From: Eledone cirrhosa
Taxonomy: Eukaryota
Assembly (NCBI GenBank): GCA_964016885.1
Contig: OZ024742.1
Coordinates: 293,880,001-293,944,000 of the forward strand
Length of the DNA stretch: 64,000 nt
Direction of reading: 5' to 3'
The position numbers and the translations under genes were made by a program. How positions within the stretch are numbered: position 1 is the first letter of the stretch; the number at the start of each line of letters is the position of its first letter. A model generated the notes under the pieces. It saw nothing but the letters and a program-made list of their open reading frames with translations, was not told the origin of the DNA and did not search any database. This document shows, one piece after another, positions 40,357-55,463 of this stretch.

Positions 40357-43300
40357 ACAATACATATAAAGAGTTAAAGCGCAGTGTTTTTTATTCAGAA
40401 TTTTCAGTCTAAAGAGACTCTCATCAGTAAATATAAGAACTGTTTTGTTTTCTTCATGCCAGGAACTTTTTAGCTTTGGGTAAGGGTCAAAGTTTGAGAA
40501 ACTAGAAACTTTGGTTGAAGACATGCCAAAAGTTGTTAGATTATAAATTATTCTAAAATTTCTGAATGAAACATTACATTTTAATTTTTTATATGCATCT
40601 ATAAAAACGGTGGTGCCCCAGCATGGGCTCAGCCTATCGGCTGGAACATGTGATAGAGTAATAAAGTAATTGTTTAGGCATTTTAACAGATCCTAAATTA
40701 TTCTAAAAATTCTGAATAAAACACTAAATTTTCATTTTTTATATGTTTGGATGTTTTAATAATTTCCAATCGTTATACTATCCCAATACTATGAAAACTG
40801 CCTCAAAACACAATTTATATACCCAACCCACTTCTGAGTCAGGTTAACTAAGATAATTTATATTTTGATTTTCACTCAAGTTCAAGTATCTCGAGGCCAT
40901 GTTCATAAGTGATGGAAAGCAGGAGGCTGAATTAAGTGTAAAAATTGTAGGAGCTGGTGCAGTAATACATTAAGTGGCGTTAAATGACAAAGAGTACATG
41001 ACTTCCCCTGGACATGATGCCAGTCTATCATAGTGTCAACTCCCCAGCTTGTACTGGTACTCATTTTCAGCTAAGTGTACTGGAGCAATGTAAATGAAGT
41101 ATTTTGTTCAAAGTCCAGGAATCAAACCCATGACATTATGATCACGAGTCTAACATTGTAACAAGAAGAAGAAGAAGAAGAAGAAGAAGAAGAAGAAGAA
41201 GAAGAAGAAGAAGAAGAAGAAGAAGAAGAAGAAGAAGAAGAAGGACGACGATGACGACGACGACGACGACAACAACAACAACAACAACAACAACCACAAC
41301 AACAACAGCTGCAGCAGCAGCAGCAGACTTTACTCTGACTGTTATATTGTGTCAACAGTTAAGTTAACCATCAACATCAAACTACCATCAATGATAAGAA
41401 GTCTCTCATTAACTGTGAAACTGAAGAATACAAACAATTGTAATGTATCCTTAATGAAACATTTCAAACTGCAGCTAAACGAATAACAAACATGTTTACA
41501 TATGATGATATCAAACAAAAGACTGAATATAGAGATTTTACACACTATCAACAAAATCAGAGTGAATATTTATGGTAAATTAATTGTTTCTGATTTAGGC
41601 ACAAGGCCAACAATTTTTGGAGGGAGGGAAAGTCGATTAAATTGACCCCAGTATGTGACTGGTACTTTATTTTATTGACCCCATAAGGATGAAAGGCAAA
41701 GCTAACCTCAGCAGGATTTGAACACAGGACGTAAAGGACTGTAATTTTATGTCTTAAGTATGTTGTCCAACACTCTATTGATACTGCCAATCCACCGCCT
41801 TTTATGGTAAATTAATGCCCCTAAATTTTGGCAAAATAACACTTGTTTATATGGCCTAGCAATAACTGTAAGGCATTATCTTCGTGAAACTAGACAAAAA
41901 ATTAGAATACACAGCAAACCCCCCAATTTTACATATCAAAATTAGCTTAGCACAAGTAATTGGAATTGAAAAGTTATACATACAGATATTAAATTCTAAA
42001 ATTCTAAAACTAAAAATCCCAACTGAGGGCACAAATAAATTGCTACAGCTGAGCTGTTGCTGGTCCCCTCCCTCACTGCAGGGGGCCTGGGACAATTGCC
42101 CCCTTTGGCCCCCATTAAATCCAGCCCTGCTGGTGACTGTGATAGAAAAACTTCAAGATAAGAAAGTACCAAAAAAGAGACTTGATTGTTGGCTACTGGT
42201 ACAAGAAATTGGTTTTCTATCAGAGGCATCTTATCAATCTCTACCAACAAGCTCTCAATGGAGATATACATATACCAAGCTGGTTGGTATATGTATATAT
42301 CTCTGCTAGGTCTTCCTTCACATACTTCAACTAAGTCTTCATGGGTTTGTCTTGCTTCCTATGCCCACTTTCAGTTTAAGGGAGGCCCTCCCTTGCCACT
42401 TCTTGGGCATGCAATGCACATAGTGAAGCATCTTCCACCATCATACTGTGATGATGTTCCACAGATTACTCAGCCAAGCCCTTTCCATGATGTGATCACA
42501 AGAAATCCTAAGGCAACGTCTGTGGAAGACATCTGCAGTTCTACAAGTCTTTTTCCATGTCTTACAAACATAAGTCACCATTGGCACAATGATTGACATA
42601 TACATGTAAAGATTTGTGTCTTTTTGGCTAATGAAGGGGTTGGACCATACAGGTTTCAGGCACTGACAGATAGCTGCAGTATTGCTGAGTCACTTTTCCA
42701 GATCAGTTCTTGAGTTGTAAATTTTAGCGAGAATACTACCCAGATGTGCAAAGTTATGAACAGTCTCCATGCTGCAATTGTGCCTTCGAAATAAGTATCA
42801 CTTTGGTCTTTTCAGTACTGATCTTACAGTGTGTATTGTGTGTATTTGATTGTGGCACCAGCACTGCCATTTAATAGAGATTATTGGGTGCATTTTATCA
42901 TAGCACCAGCACTACCACATAATAGGGTGAATTGGGTGTGTTTTATCATAAGACCAGCACTATCACTTATATATAGAGAGAGAGATTAGTAAATGAAAGC
43001 ACACTTGAAAATTATTTTGGTTAAAAATTGGTAAAATACAAACCTAAATTTCTCCAAAACATTTATTCAAAATTAAATAGCATTTAAATATCAGTCACTC
43101 TTTGATTTTGAGTTCAGTGACAAATATTCTTGTGTTATTCCGTTTTTAATGCTATTAACTTACATGTGCCATAAAAATATAAAATTATATTTAATTTTGT
43201 TTCTTTTTAAAATTATATTTTCTTTAAAGTTATTAACTTTCAGCTTTCTCTTTTGATTTTTCCTCTAGGTCTATATTTTTAAATATGAAATTGTTGTATA

Positions 43301-46300
43301 CATCACGACAGGGAAATATGAGGAATATCTGTTGAAAAGACTCAAACTAAATCAGTTTTATTTGTGAATACAACTTTTTTAATATTTTTTAAATATTACA
43401 CCACTTTAAGTTCATTGTAAAATTTAAAAAAAAGATAGATGAAACTTCTTGTTGAATTAAAAACTAAAATATTTATCTTCTGTAAACCTTTGGGAGACAA
43501 AGTTTACCAAAGATTCTATATAAAAGAACATGGAACCATATTTATTAGATATAGAAAATATAGAAAAAGAATGTGTTGTTATTTAAAATTCTATAAAAAA
43601 ACATTATCTGCATTTCAATTGACAGATAAAGCTGTGTGTGGATGTATATACATATCTATATATATGTGTGTGATATATATATATATACATACATACATGT
43701 ATATGCATAAAACTATTTCAGTTATTATTTGAGTATGACATGATAATATTTACAATACAGTCACAAACAGACATACTCTTAACCATTACTTTTTGATACA
43801 TCAGAAAATTGTGAATGTGACAGCTGAAAGTGGATAGGACTACACCAGCACCTTGATGGGATTTGAACTCAGAACACAAAAACTAAGAACAAACATCCAA
43901 TTCTCTATCGAATTGGCCAAATCGAGCATCTTAAATAATATATACTACCTTATATATATATATCATATATATATAGTATACCAACACTACCACATTACAG
44001 ACTGTACTGGATGCATTATTTTGTGGCACCAGCATTGCCACTCTATAGAGTATACTAAGTGCATTCTATCATTGCAGCAAAACTACCACTTTACAGAGAG
44101 GTACTGGAGTATTTTATCATGGCACCAGCACTACTACTTTAAAGAACAGACTGGGTGTATTTTATCATGGTACCAATACTACCACATTACAGAAGGTACT
44201 AAGTGCATTTTATTGTGACACCATTACTACCACTTTACAGAGTGGTACTGGCCGTATTTTATCATGGTACCAACACTACCACTTTAAAGAATAGACTGGC
44301 TGTATTTTATTATGGTACCAACACTACTACTTTACAGAATGTACTGGATGTATGTTAATGTGGTATCAGGAATACAAGGAACACTAAATATTCTTCTCAG
44401 GTAAGAAGTGTAAAACTAAGTAATTATCCCCAGTAGGAGGTTAATTTCTGCAGTGGTTCAGGTGATTTACTTCATAGTGAGATAACATGGAACTATATGA
44501 GGAATTAACACTGTGTAAATATAGACAGGAAATTAGCCATTAAATACCTAATGAGAACACCTGCATACATGTGTGGGTTTGTGTATGTATGTGTGTGTTT
44601 GTGTGTGAGTGTGGTCGGGTGTTTGTACACATGCATGCACACATACATACATACACAAAGATGTTTAGTATGTATATCTATATAGTTCATAGTCATGAAT
44701 GTGAACACCTCAATGTACCCATGTGTCTATGCACATGTATCTGTTTATGTGTGTGTATGTATATGTGTTTGTGTGTCTCTGTGTGTATGTCTCTGTGCAT
44801 GTGTGTGTGTGTGTCTATGTACGTATGTGTTTTGTGTGCAGATGAGTATTTTAACCCATGCCTGCACACACAGAATACATACATATACACACACATATAT
44901 GCACATACACACAAATGCACACACCCTTAAACACACAAAGGTTTTGTGTGTAAACATATATATATTTCATATTCATGAATGTTCATATAATTTTACAAGG
45001 CAGTGAGTTAGTAGAGCCATTAGAATCATCATCATCATCATCATCACTGTTTAACATCCATTTTTCCAATCTGGCATGGGTTAGATGAGTTATCCTTTTG
45101 TGAGCAATGCCAGGTCAGGTGACCATGTCATGTTCATACAGAAGTGATTTTGGTTTGGTTTCTACAGCTGGATTCCCTTCCTAACACCAACCTCATTTAC
45201 AGTGAGTACTGGGTGCTTTTTACCATGGCGCCTACACGACCACTTTACAGTGTGGACTGGGTGCTTTTTGTCATGACACCTACACAACCACTTTACAGTA
45301 TGGACCGGGTGCTTTTTGTCGTGACACCTACACAACCACTTTACTGTGTGGTCCAGGTACTTTTTGTTGTGTCACCATCATGACCACTTTACAGTGTGGG
45401 CTGGAAGCTTCACTGGGTGTATGCTTCAGCCTGTCCTAATGAGAGATGTATGGCAGTGGATGGGGTGGGGTGGAGTGGGGTGGCGCATACTATTTATATG
45501 CTTCAGTTATGACTAGAATGTCAAATAGAATGCCATGATCCAGCTCACAGATGATGACATTGGCTCCTGGGTCGTAGTTGTCATTGTAAAAAAATACCGG
45601 CATGTAATAAGTGCTGAAGTAATGTGAAGGCACATGGCTTAGTGGTTAGAGCATTGGGCTTGCAATTGGGTGGTTGTGAGTTCGATTCTTGCACCGGATG
45701 ATGAGTTGTGTCTTTGAGCAAGACACTTTATTTCACGTTGCTCCAGATTACTCAGCTGTAGAAATGAGTTGCGACATCACAGTCCTAAGCTGTAACGGCT
45801 ATTGCCCAACCCAAACGCATATACATATACACATATATACGTAAAGAGAGATACATGCACATACATACATACATACATACAAAGCCAACATAGAAAAATG
45901 GATGCAAAAAAAAAAATGATTATGATGATGATATACATATAGTTTCATCATATGCTGGGGAGTGGGGGAATACAGACACACACATGCACACACACACACA
46001 TTTACACACATTTACACAGATACTTTGGCACATAAACACACTGGTAGACATACACAGACATTATGATGCCATGTAGCCCATCCATCATACACCACATATC
46101 ACATACATGCAAAATTACATATGTGACTGTCATTTGGTTTAACTTGAAGGTAAAATAAAGCACCCATTCACTTGGAAATTTAAAGATTAACTTTTCTTTC
46201 GAAGAAAAATAAAGAAAAACTTAGAACAATTTTTCCCTTTTGTTTTGGCGGTAACATCTCTGCAACCATGAATTCCTTCTCACAATGTTGTATTTTTTTT

Positions 46301-46534
46301 TTAAAGAACTTTAAAAATTTAGTTCTTATATAGCTCTTTTTTTCAGTAGGGTCCTTCACTCGGCAACTCCATCAATATCAAAACATTTCAGTTTTGCTAG
46401 AATAGAATGCCAAATTCTTCCTGAAATAAATTAAGCCATTTTATTTTGGGTTGGTTTTCTTTTCACTCTTGGTTTTATATATACATATATATACTTACAT
46501 ACATACACATACATTTATACATACATATATACAT

Positions 46535-46588
<54 letters not shown>

Positions 46589-46684
46589 GTAATAATAATA
46601 AATTTGAAGACTAAAATCCAAAGGTTAGTTTCAGAAGATCCTGTTAAGGGTGAAAGCAGCGATTCTTTGCTTAAACTTTAATAA

Positions 46685-46729
<45 letters not shown>

Positions 46730-46974
46730 CATCATCATCATTATTTTACGTCCGCTCTTCCCTGCTCGCAAGGGTGGGACGGGTCTTATTCAGCACAGCA
46801 TCTCTCCACTCATCACGGTCCTTCGTCATATATATATATATGCAGAAGTTATATTTAATGTGTTAGGATTCAACAAGCTTAAAAGTTTTATAACTCATAT
46901 AAAGCACTCAACAGTTTACTGGAGTAAATATTCAATATATTAATAAATGGAAACTATATTTATAAAACCGTAAT

Positions 46975-47039
46975 TATTTTATTATATATATTTCAAGGGC
47001 AACCAAGGCAGTTTTGGTGCGCTTTCATCAGATAAAATA
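46975..47039 (-). ncRNA. Type I hammerhead ribozyme (25.7-kb family)
   Basis: Minus strand: TATTTTAT CTGATGA AAGc-GCACCAA-aactgcc-TTGGtTGC-cCTT GAAA TATATA TA ATAAAATA. Confidence 0.85.
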
Positions 47040-47167
47040 CAAAATTTGTTTTATAAATGTTGACATACCCGTAGAAAAACAACCTTGACGGTTGAAGGTT
47101 CGGTGGATAGTCATAAATATAGTTATAAAGATAGTTATAAATATAGTTTCCATTTATTAATATTTTG

Positions 47168-47218
<51 letters not shown>

Positions 47219-47238
47219 TATATATATGTATATATATA

Positions 47239-48011
47239 TATAAACGGAAAAAAATGAAACAAAATTTCATTTCTCACTCTTAGTACGGCTGTTACTTAAA
47301 TATAAGTATGTTATACGTACATACATACATCTATACAGACGTATAGTAGTATGTATATATATACTTACATACACACATATATATATGTACATATGGATTT
47401 ACCATTTATTGTAACGCTCGGTGTGTTTGCAAACAAACATCCCGATTTTGTTTACAAACACACCGAGCATTACAATAAATGTTCAGTAAATCCATACGTA
47501 CATATATATATGTGTGCATGTATATATATATACATACTACTGTACGTCTGTATACATATATGTATGTACGTATAACATACTTATATTTAAGGAACAGCCG
47601 TACTAAGAGTGAGAAATTAAATTTTGTTTCATTTTTTTCCGTTTATCGTTTTCGGTGCGCCCGGCCGATTAACTCACTCGATATGCAAATTAGGCTGCTC
47701 AGCCATTAATATGCATAAGGAAAGTATATACTTTCAGACGTTCAATCATCTGGCAGGAAGGTATACGGTGCTGATGATAGCTAATAAGCTTGAAACTAGT
47801 ACATCGTTCCTTTGTCAGTGTTGAACAAAAGGGCAACGATGGTTGCTAAACACTGTATGGCTTAAATCGGGATGTTTGTTTACAAACACACCGAGCATTA
47901 TAATAAATGTTTGGTAAATCCATACGTACATATATATGTGTGCATGTATGTGTATATATATATACATACTACTGTACGTCTGTATACATATATGTATGTA
48001 CATATAACATA

Positions 48012-48015
<4 letters not shown>
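47239..48015. repeat. 420-bp family cluster IV (half unit plus inverted ~1.3 units); HHR at 47766-47806(+)
   Basis: CGGTG CTGATGA TAGCTAATAAGCTT GAAA CTAG TA CATCG. Flanked by (TA)n. Confidence 0.88.
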
Positions 48016-48073
<58 letters not shown>

Positions 48074-48421
48074 GTTTTTACATTTTAGTATCTTGGCAAA
48101 TGTTCAAAATAGTTTTCTGAATCAAATAAATACTTTATAGTATAATATGAGTCATGTTTTTTTTTTTTTTTATTTTTAATCCATAGTGCAAACATGTAAT
48201 GCATATGGATAATGACAGTTTGGAAAAGAAATGTCAGGATATTCAAGTGGAATGAAGCTGTGTGACAGGAAGACCAAGGAAGATATGAGCAAAAGTGAAA
48301 AAGTTTATCATAGAATGATGAACCTCATGAAGAAAATGACAAATGTACACACCAACTAGTGTGATGCTGTTTTTAAGCAGACCTGTGCAACCCATGCAAG
48401 CATGGAATTATGGTTTCAGAT

Positions 48422-48868
48422 TTAAACTTTGGCACTTACATTACTCTATATTTACTATTGTATTTTCACAGTAAAGGCTTTACCTCACATAATTATCTCA
48501 GATAACACTTACATTACTCTACATTTACTATTGTATTTTCACAGTAAAGGCTTTACCTCACATAATTATCTCAGATAACATTTACATTACTCTACATTTA
48601 CTATTGTATTTTCACAGTAAAGGCTTTACCTCACATAATTATCTCACATAATATTTACATTACTCTATATTTACTATTGTATTTTCACAGTAAAGGCTTT
48701 ACCTCACATAATTATCTCAGATAATATTAAATCTATGAGATTTTTATGTTATTTATTTTGAGAACAATACCTTAACATCAGTATGAGTAGCCAGTTACAG
48801 CCAATTTGAACAGAAAGGGATGAGAGAGTTCTGGCTGGATACAGTGGGTTTAAGTGCTAAAGGGTTAA
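48422..48868. mobile_element. TTAA MITE (reverse of 40128-40356) with an internal 73-bp unit in 4 tandem copies
   Basis: Units start at 48433, 48506, 48579 and ~48652; ends in gctaaagggttaa. Confidence 0.8.
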
Positions 48869-49331
48869 GCACAAGGCCAACAATTTGGTGGGTGAGGAAA
48901 GTCATTTAAATCAACCCCAGTGCGTTACTGGTACTTTATTTTATCACCTTTATAAGAATGAAAGGCAAAGCTAAGCTCAGTGGGATTAGCCTCATTTGTA
49001 TATGGAGCTGTAGGCTAGCTCAGCCTCAACAAAATATAGAATTAAGGTGTTCACTCCAACATAACTGTATATATGTATATAAATTTTGTATATTGGATAA
49101 TATACAATATGTTTACTAATAAACATTTGAAAGCCTTTAGCTATGAATTTTAAAAGGTGGTAGCAGGACACCACCTATCAAGTTCCAGCAGAAGCAAGAG
49201 GAAACTACCGACAGCTATTTCTTGTACAGTTCCATATGCAAATGAGGTTAATCAGCCCATATTCCTAAGCATTAAAACTATATGTTAGTGCCTATTTTGA
49301 GTTCCGGCAGGAAGCAAGGTAGAGGGCTGCA

Positions 49332-49374
49332 TTACCTTGACAATAGCCAATAGGTCAGAAACAGTTGTTGGTAA
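49332..49374 (+). ncRNA. Type I hammerhead motif with U3-A8 variant core, in a fold-back element 49155-49424
   Basis: TTACC TTGACAA TAGCC-aata-GGTCA GAAA CAGTTG TT GGTAA (5-bp stem I). The inverted arm reads GAAA TAGCTG TC GGTAG. Confidence 0.7.
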
Positions 49375-50114
49375 GTTCCCCTTGCTTCTGCTGGAACTCA
49401 CTGGGTGGTGCCCTGCCACCAACTATATTAACTTTTGACATCCTGTACCACATGAAAACACATTAGCTCAGGCATTCTTGTAAAATACGAGGAAGAAGAA
49501 GAACTGGTTAAGTCAAATAACATCTGTGACTCAGGCAAAATATATGCTTTTAATTCCACACTTAATGCAGTGCTACAAACATACATATATGTACATTCAA
49601 ACACACACACACACACATATATATGCACATACAAACACGCACACATATACAAAATCATATAATTACACATAATGATATGCATATAGACACACACAGTCAT
49701 GCATACTTATCTACAAATTTATACACACCCACATGCACAATCACACATGCACAATAACATGCACACTCCCAATCATACACATACAATCATATCATGTATA
49801 CTAATCTACACATTCACACATTTATAAGCACATACACATGCATATGCACTCCTGTACATACATATATGAATACACACACATATGCATATGCACATACACA
49901 TATACATACACACATACACACACACACATACATACATACATACATACATACATACATACATACATACATACATACATGGTGGCTTCCAACTCGTTTTCGA
50001 GTACGGCCACTACTTTATATCCATGTAGGAGAAACCCTACCAATGCACTGAACATACATACATACATACATACATACATACATACATACATACATACATA
50101 CATACATACATACA

Positions 50115-50146
<32 letters not shown>

Positions 50147-50562
50147 CTTATATATATATAGACCCAGTTCAGCTTCAAAAAACTCTGTTCCAATACATCC
50201 TTTCTACTCACAGAAAATAAATAACTGAAACTACCAAAATGAGACAGATTACATCTCTACTGCTCTGTGAATTAAAATGATTAGAATCATGATAGTATTT
50301 CCTTATTTCCAGAACTCTGAGATTTTATTCCTTCCAAAACTGGCGTCCATATTTTCAATCTCATCAAACTAAATCATTTCTCTCTTAAGTATTTTACTCT
50401 GAATATTAACAAATATTAACTCTTTCATTACTATATTTCTACAAAACCAACCGACAAGAGACTAAGGGGTAGACCCCGAGAAAGATGGTTGAATAACATC
50501 CATGAGCTTAGTTGGTCTCACTCAGAAATGGTTGCTTCTGACAGGACCCATTGAAAGGAGTG

Positions 50563-51082
50563 TTACAACAAAAAGTGCCTAGCCCACACTGTAAAGTGGT
50601 CATGCTGATGACACAACAAAAAGTGCCCAGCCCACACTGTAAAGTGGTCATGTTGATGACACAACAAAAAGTGCCCAGTCCACACTGTAAAGTGGTCATG
50701 TTGATGACACAACAAAAAGTGCCCACTCCATACTGTAAAGTGGTCATGTTGATGACACAACAAAAAGTGCCCAGTCCACACTGTAAAGTGGTCATGTTGA
50801 TGACACAACAAAAAGTGCCCAGTCCACACTGTAAAGTGTTCATGTAGGTATCACAATAAAAATCACCCTGTCAACACTGCAAAGTGATTGTGTAGGAGTC
50901 ATGACAAAAAGCACCCAGCATACACTGTAAATGTGGTTGGCGTTAGGAAGGGCATCCAGCCATAGAAAACAAACCAGAAACAGTTCTGTATGAGCAAGAC
51001 ACGGTTATCTGACCTGGCTTGTCGCACAGCAACTGTAGAAAATGGGTGTTAAACAGTGATAATGATGATGATGATGATGATG
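50563..51082 (+). repeat. SINE/RTE 3'-tail element with a 48-bp module tandemly repeated ~6 times
   Basis: acaacaaaaagtgcccagtccacactgtaaagtggtcatgttgatgac x~6, then gttaggaagggcatccagc and (atg)n. Confidence 0.8.
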
Positions 51083-51594
51083 AACACTTTTAAACAAACT
51101 TTTTTGTATATAGGAGATGATAAAGGACCGAGTCAAGTGGAGAGATGCTATACTAGAAAGAATCCATCCAACCCATGCATGCATAGAAAAGAGGATATAA
51201 AACAGTGATCTTGATGAGAACCAGGGGCTGGTCATGTGGATTGGTATCAAAAGTGTTAATCTAACTGCACTTCCCCCACCCCACCATTATTTGTGACGTG
51301 TCAAGCTATTATTAGTCATTTCTATATTGCTTTTCCTTTTACTGCCCATTGAATTCAATTTACTATATATTTAATTTAATAATTTTAATCAATGACTTTT
51401 CTAATTAGTTTTAACTCCTTATAATTATAATTGATAATTGTTGCTCAGAATTATTACAACATATGTAAATTTTTTTTTTTTTTAAATTAACTTTTGAATT
51501 TTGAAACTACTTTAATTTTGAAAAAAAATGTTTGTTAGAAATCTGGCATAGAAGTATTTTAGAAAATGCTTGTAAAATGCTTGCATACTTTTTT

Positions 51595-51832
51595 TAAACC
51601 TTTTGTTATCAGCCCGGCCAAAACTGGCTCTGATTATATGAAATAAAACCACCCATTTTAAAGGTTTCCATTTTAAATTAAAATCTTTCAGCATAATTTT
51701 ATATAAGAACCTTACATTAAGTTACTATCATAGTAAGGAAATAATTAATAGTTTTAGTAAATCCCTCAAAATTCTTCATTAGTTAATTGAAATAGAATGT
51801 ATTTCATTAAAAATGCAATCTCGAAAGGGTTA
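51595..51832. mobile_element. TTAA/CCC-type MITE, empty relative of 3564-4017
   Basis: Colinear with 3564-4017 minus the SINE insertion. Confidence 0.75.
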
Positions 51833-51855
51833 TTGTAAATGATATTGAGCATATT

Positions 51856-51886
<31 letters not shown>

Positions 51887-52139
51887 GCATCATTTTATGT
51901 CCATTTTTTTTCATGTTTTCATGGGTTGAATGGGTCCTTTCTAGTTCAGTCGACATCTATTCATTGTGTTCCTACATCTCATCTGTGAGGTTCAGCTTTC
52001 TTAGGTCCCCTCAGACTACTTTTGCCCGGATTTTTCTCAATCATCATCTACAGCAGTTTCCTTCCACAGACATCTCCTAGCACTTCTTCATGGTACTTTT
52101 TGTATTTCCTGCTGTCTAATTTCTTATAGATGGGAATAA

Positions 52140-52580
52140 TGATGGTCATCTTCCATCTCGAATGTATGCTATATTTGATCACCATATCATTTAGATGAGT
52201 GCAAGGAGTCCTTCAAGGAGCACTATGGCTCCAGCCTTGATCGTTTCTGCAGTGACTTCATCCAAGCCAAGGGCCTTCCCATTTTTTTTATTTTAATCAA
52301 CAGCACAACAACAACAAGCATTTTAAGACCATTTTCCCTGCTAAATCAGACGTTAGCTTTGCAGGGACCCTATGATAAGCTTCTTCGTTTTGTTCTGTTG
52401 TCTTTATCCCCTTTTACCAACCTCCTTAACTTTCATTTCCTCCTCCAATATCTTTAACCAATTCTTTCCAGGTCTCTTCCTCCCTCTGCTTCCCTTCACA
52501 TTCTTTTCCATCACTCCTCCCACCCAGTCACTTTCATCCCTCCTCAACACATGACTCAACCATCGCATTCCATTTGTTGT
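52140..52580 (-). mobile_element. Old RTE-like LINE fragments (similar remnants at ~38050-38260, ~42250-42830, ~53265-53480, ~54060-54430, ~55545-55970)
   Basis: Degenerate translations GKALGLDEVTAETIKAG, MRWLSHVLRR..GRKRPGKNW and GRPQTRCLDLIKEDL match RTE RT and C-terminal motifs. Confidence 0.6.
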
Positions 52581-52685
52581 CCTCGTCATCATCATCATCA
52601 TCATCATCATAATCTTTAATATTATATTTTATCCTTATCGGCGGTGGCTGTGGCCGTAGTGGCAGTGGCAGTGGCGGTGGCAGTG

Positions 52686-52783
<98 letters not shown>

Positions 52784-55299
52784 GCAGCAGCAGTAGTAGT
52801 AGTAGTAGCAACAGCAGAGTAGTAGTAGTATTTTCTCAACAAACTACATCAATGTAAAAGCTGTATGGCTTACAAATTGTTATAGAAATGGTAAAATATT
52901 TCATTTTAAACACTTCCCATTAATAATTCCTGACAATGCTATTCAAACCATTACTGATTTGTGGACGATAAAGTTCAAGTGAAGATTTTACTCCTATCTT
53001 TTATAACATTCTTTTAGATTTTTCTATGTAATATCTTTTCTATCACTCAGTAATAACTTTTATCACATACTGTAATATTTCATTGTTATCTATTGTATAT
53101 CTCACTGTAATATCTTCTCCACCTCTTCCTCCTCCTCCCTCCTCCTTCCCCTCCCTCCTCCTCCTCCTCCTCCTCAACATCATCATCATCACCATCCTTC
53201 TTCTTCTTCTTCTTCTTCTTCTTCTTCTTCTTCTTCTTCTTCTTCTTCTTCTTCTTCTTCTTCACCCACTTATTCCTGAGAAGTTTGGCTTCTGCCAGAA
53301 GCAATTATCTCCAATTGATCCAGATGGATCTCCAAGCAAGACCAGTGAGCTCATGGATGTTATCCAACCCTCTTGCTTGGGGTCTATCCCTGGGTCTCCT
53401 GTTAGTTGGTTTTGCCCATAAAATCTGTTCAGCAGAGTCCTCAAACACTCCTCTCAGCAGGTCCCATAATATCATATGGTAATAATTTGTATATCACATC
53501 GTAATATCTTACTGTAATACCTCAGTATTATATTTTTTATATAACAAGTAATATCATGATATCTTTTATATCATACTTTAATATCTTTTATCTTATAGTG
53601 TGACATCAAATAGTAATCTCACTATTATATCACCCCCACCACCACCACCACAACCACCAACATCATCATCATCATCATTTAATGTTCATTTTCAACGCTA
53701 GCATAGATTAGACGAGTTGTCTCATTTGAGGCAAGTCAGATCAAGTGACTATGTCTCACTCATACAGAACTGTTTCTGGCTTGGTTTCTACAGCTGGATG
53801 CCCTTTCTTTTACCAACCATGTTTACAGTGTGTAGTGGGTGCTTTTTATGGTGACACCTACACGACCAATTTACAGTGTGGAATGGTGCAAGGAGGTGTG
53901 TACAGTCGTGGGTGAAAGGTGAAGTATTAGAATGTGGGAAATGTATGGAAGAGGAGAGGAACTGATGGAGGGGAGAGTGCTACGTACTGGATGTATACTT
54001 CAACCCATGCACACACTATAATATCTCAATTGAAATTATCATCATCATCATCATCATCTTCATCACTCTTTTATGGGTCATCTCTAGTATAGCTACTCGT
54101 GTTCCTTCATCAGCTCTCTGTGGTTCAGTATTTTGAACTCATCTCTCACCACTTCTGTCCAACTTTTCCTCAGTCTTCCACTTCTGTGGCTTCTTTCATT
54201 TGGAACTCATGGCACTTCTTCACCAGATTTTTCTTCTTTCAACACATCTATGCTTCATCATTCATGTTCACTAACATTACACATCCATGGAAGCATCCTC
54301 ATTTTTTTTCTAACCTTTACACATCCATCCTCTTCATTCAATTCTTATGTCTCACTGCCAAGTAACATTGCTTTTTGTAGGCAGACATATAATCTACCCT
54401 TTTCTCAGAGGGAGAATCCCTTTGTTGTCAGCCATATCCTGTATAATACTACACTGTAATACATCATTCTTATACCTTTTGTATCCTACATTTAATATAT
54501 TTCAACAACAAAAAAATATTAACTTTTCTGAAAACTAATTCATTTCATATATTTTTTCCAATGAATAGACCTTGGAATATTGTCAAGAACTGCACACAAA
54601 AGACAGAGAATAAAAATATGTTTAACTTCTTTAGTGATTATATCCTGCCAGATTAATTTAAATTACAAATTCTAACTTCATACCAAGTCTTTTCTCTATC
54701 TTTTCTATTTTTACCAACATCTATATTTTCTATTAGTTTTACTGCCATACACACACACATACAAACACACTCACATACATGCACACACACACACACACGC
54801 GCGCGCGCACACACACAGATACATACACACACACACATACTCACACCAACATACATACACACAAACACACATACATGCACACACCATACATACACATGCA
54901 AACACACAAGCACATACACACACACACATACACAAACACTCACACACATATCAAGACAACTTTATAAAAAGTATAGATGAATCATTGATTAAAGATGGTG
55001 ACTGTGTTCCTTAATATATTTCTTGTTTACAGCCTACTTCTTCCCTCCTGGAATCTATCAAGAGATTGTTAATGTAATACTTCAATGACAATTTACAGTG
55101 GAAATTTTTCAAAACAGTTTAACCCTTTCATTACCATATTTCAAATGATAGTTAATGTAATACTTCAATGACAATTCACAGTGGAAATTTTTCAAAACGA
55201 TTTAACCCTTTCATGACCATATTTCAAATGAAAGACACTGCCTTATGATTTTTCAGATAATTTTCGAAATAATCAACAATTTTCAGGAATTTAGTAATA

Positions 55300-55463
55300 C
55301 AGTGAAATTCCATTATAATGAAATTCACAGGGTATAAAAAATTTCATTGTAACGAAAAATTTTTTTATAATGAGATTGACTGAAACAATCCTCGGGGATT
55401 GAAAAACTTTCATTAACTGAAAAATTCAGTATAATGGTATTCGTTATAACAGAATTTTACCTG
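55300..55463. mobile_element. TA-flanked Tc1/pogo-like MITE
   Basis: ta-cagtgaaattccattataatg ... cgttataacagaattttacctg-ta imperfect TIRs. Confidence 0.55.

Noticed and set aside
50563-50850. Regular 48-bp repeats resembling a CRISPR array or repeat protein
   Set aside because: There are no unique spacers and no cas genes, the context is eukaryotic, and the repeat derives from a SINE/RTE tail.
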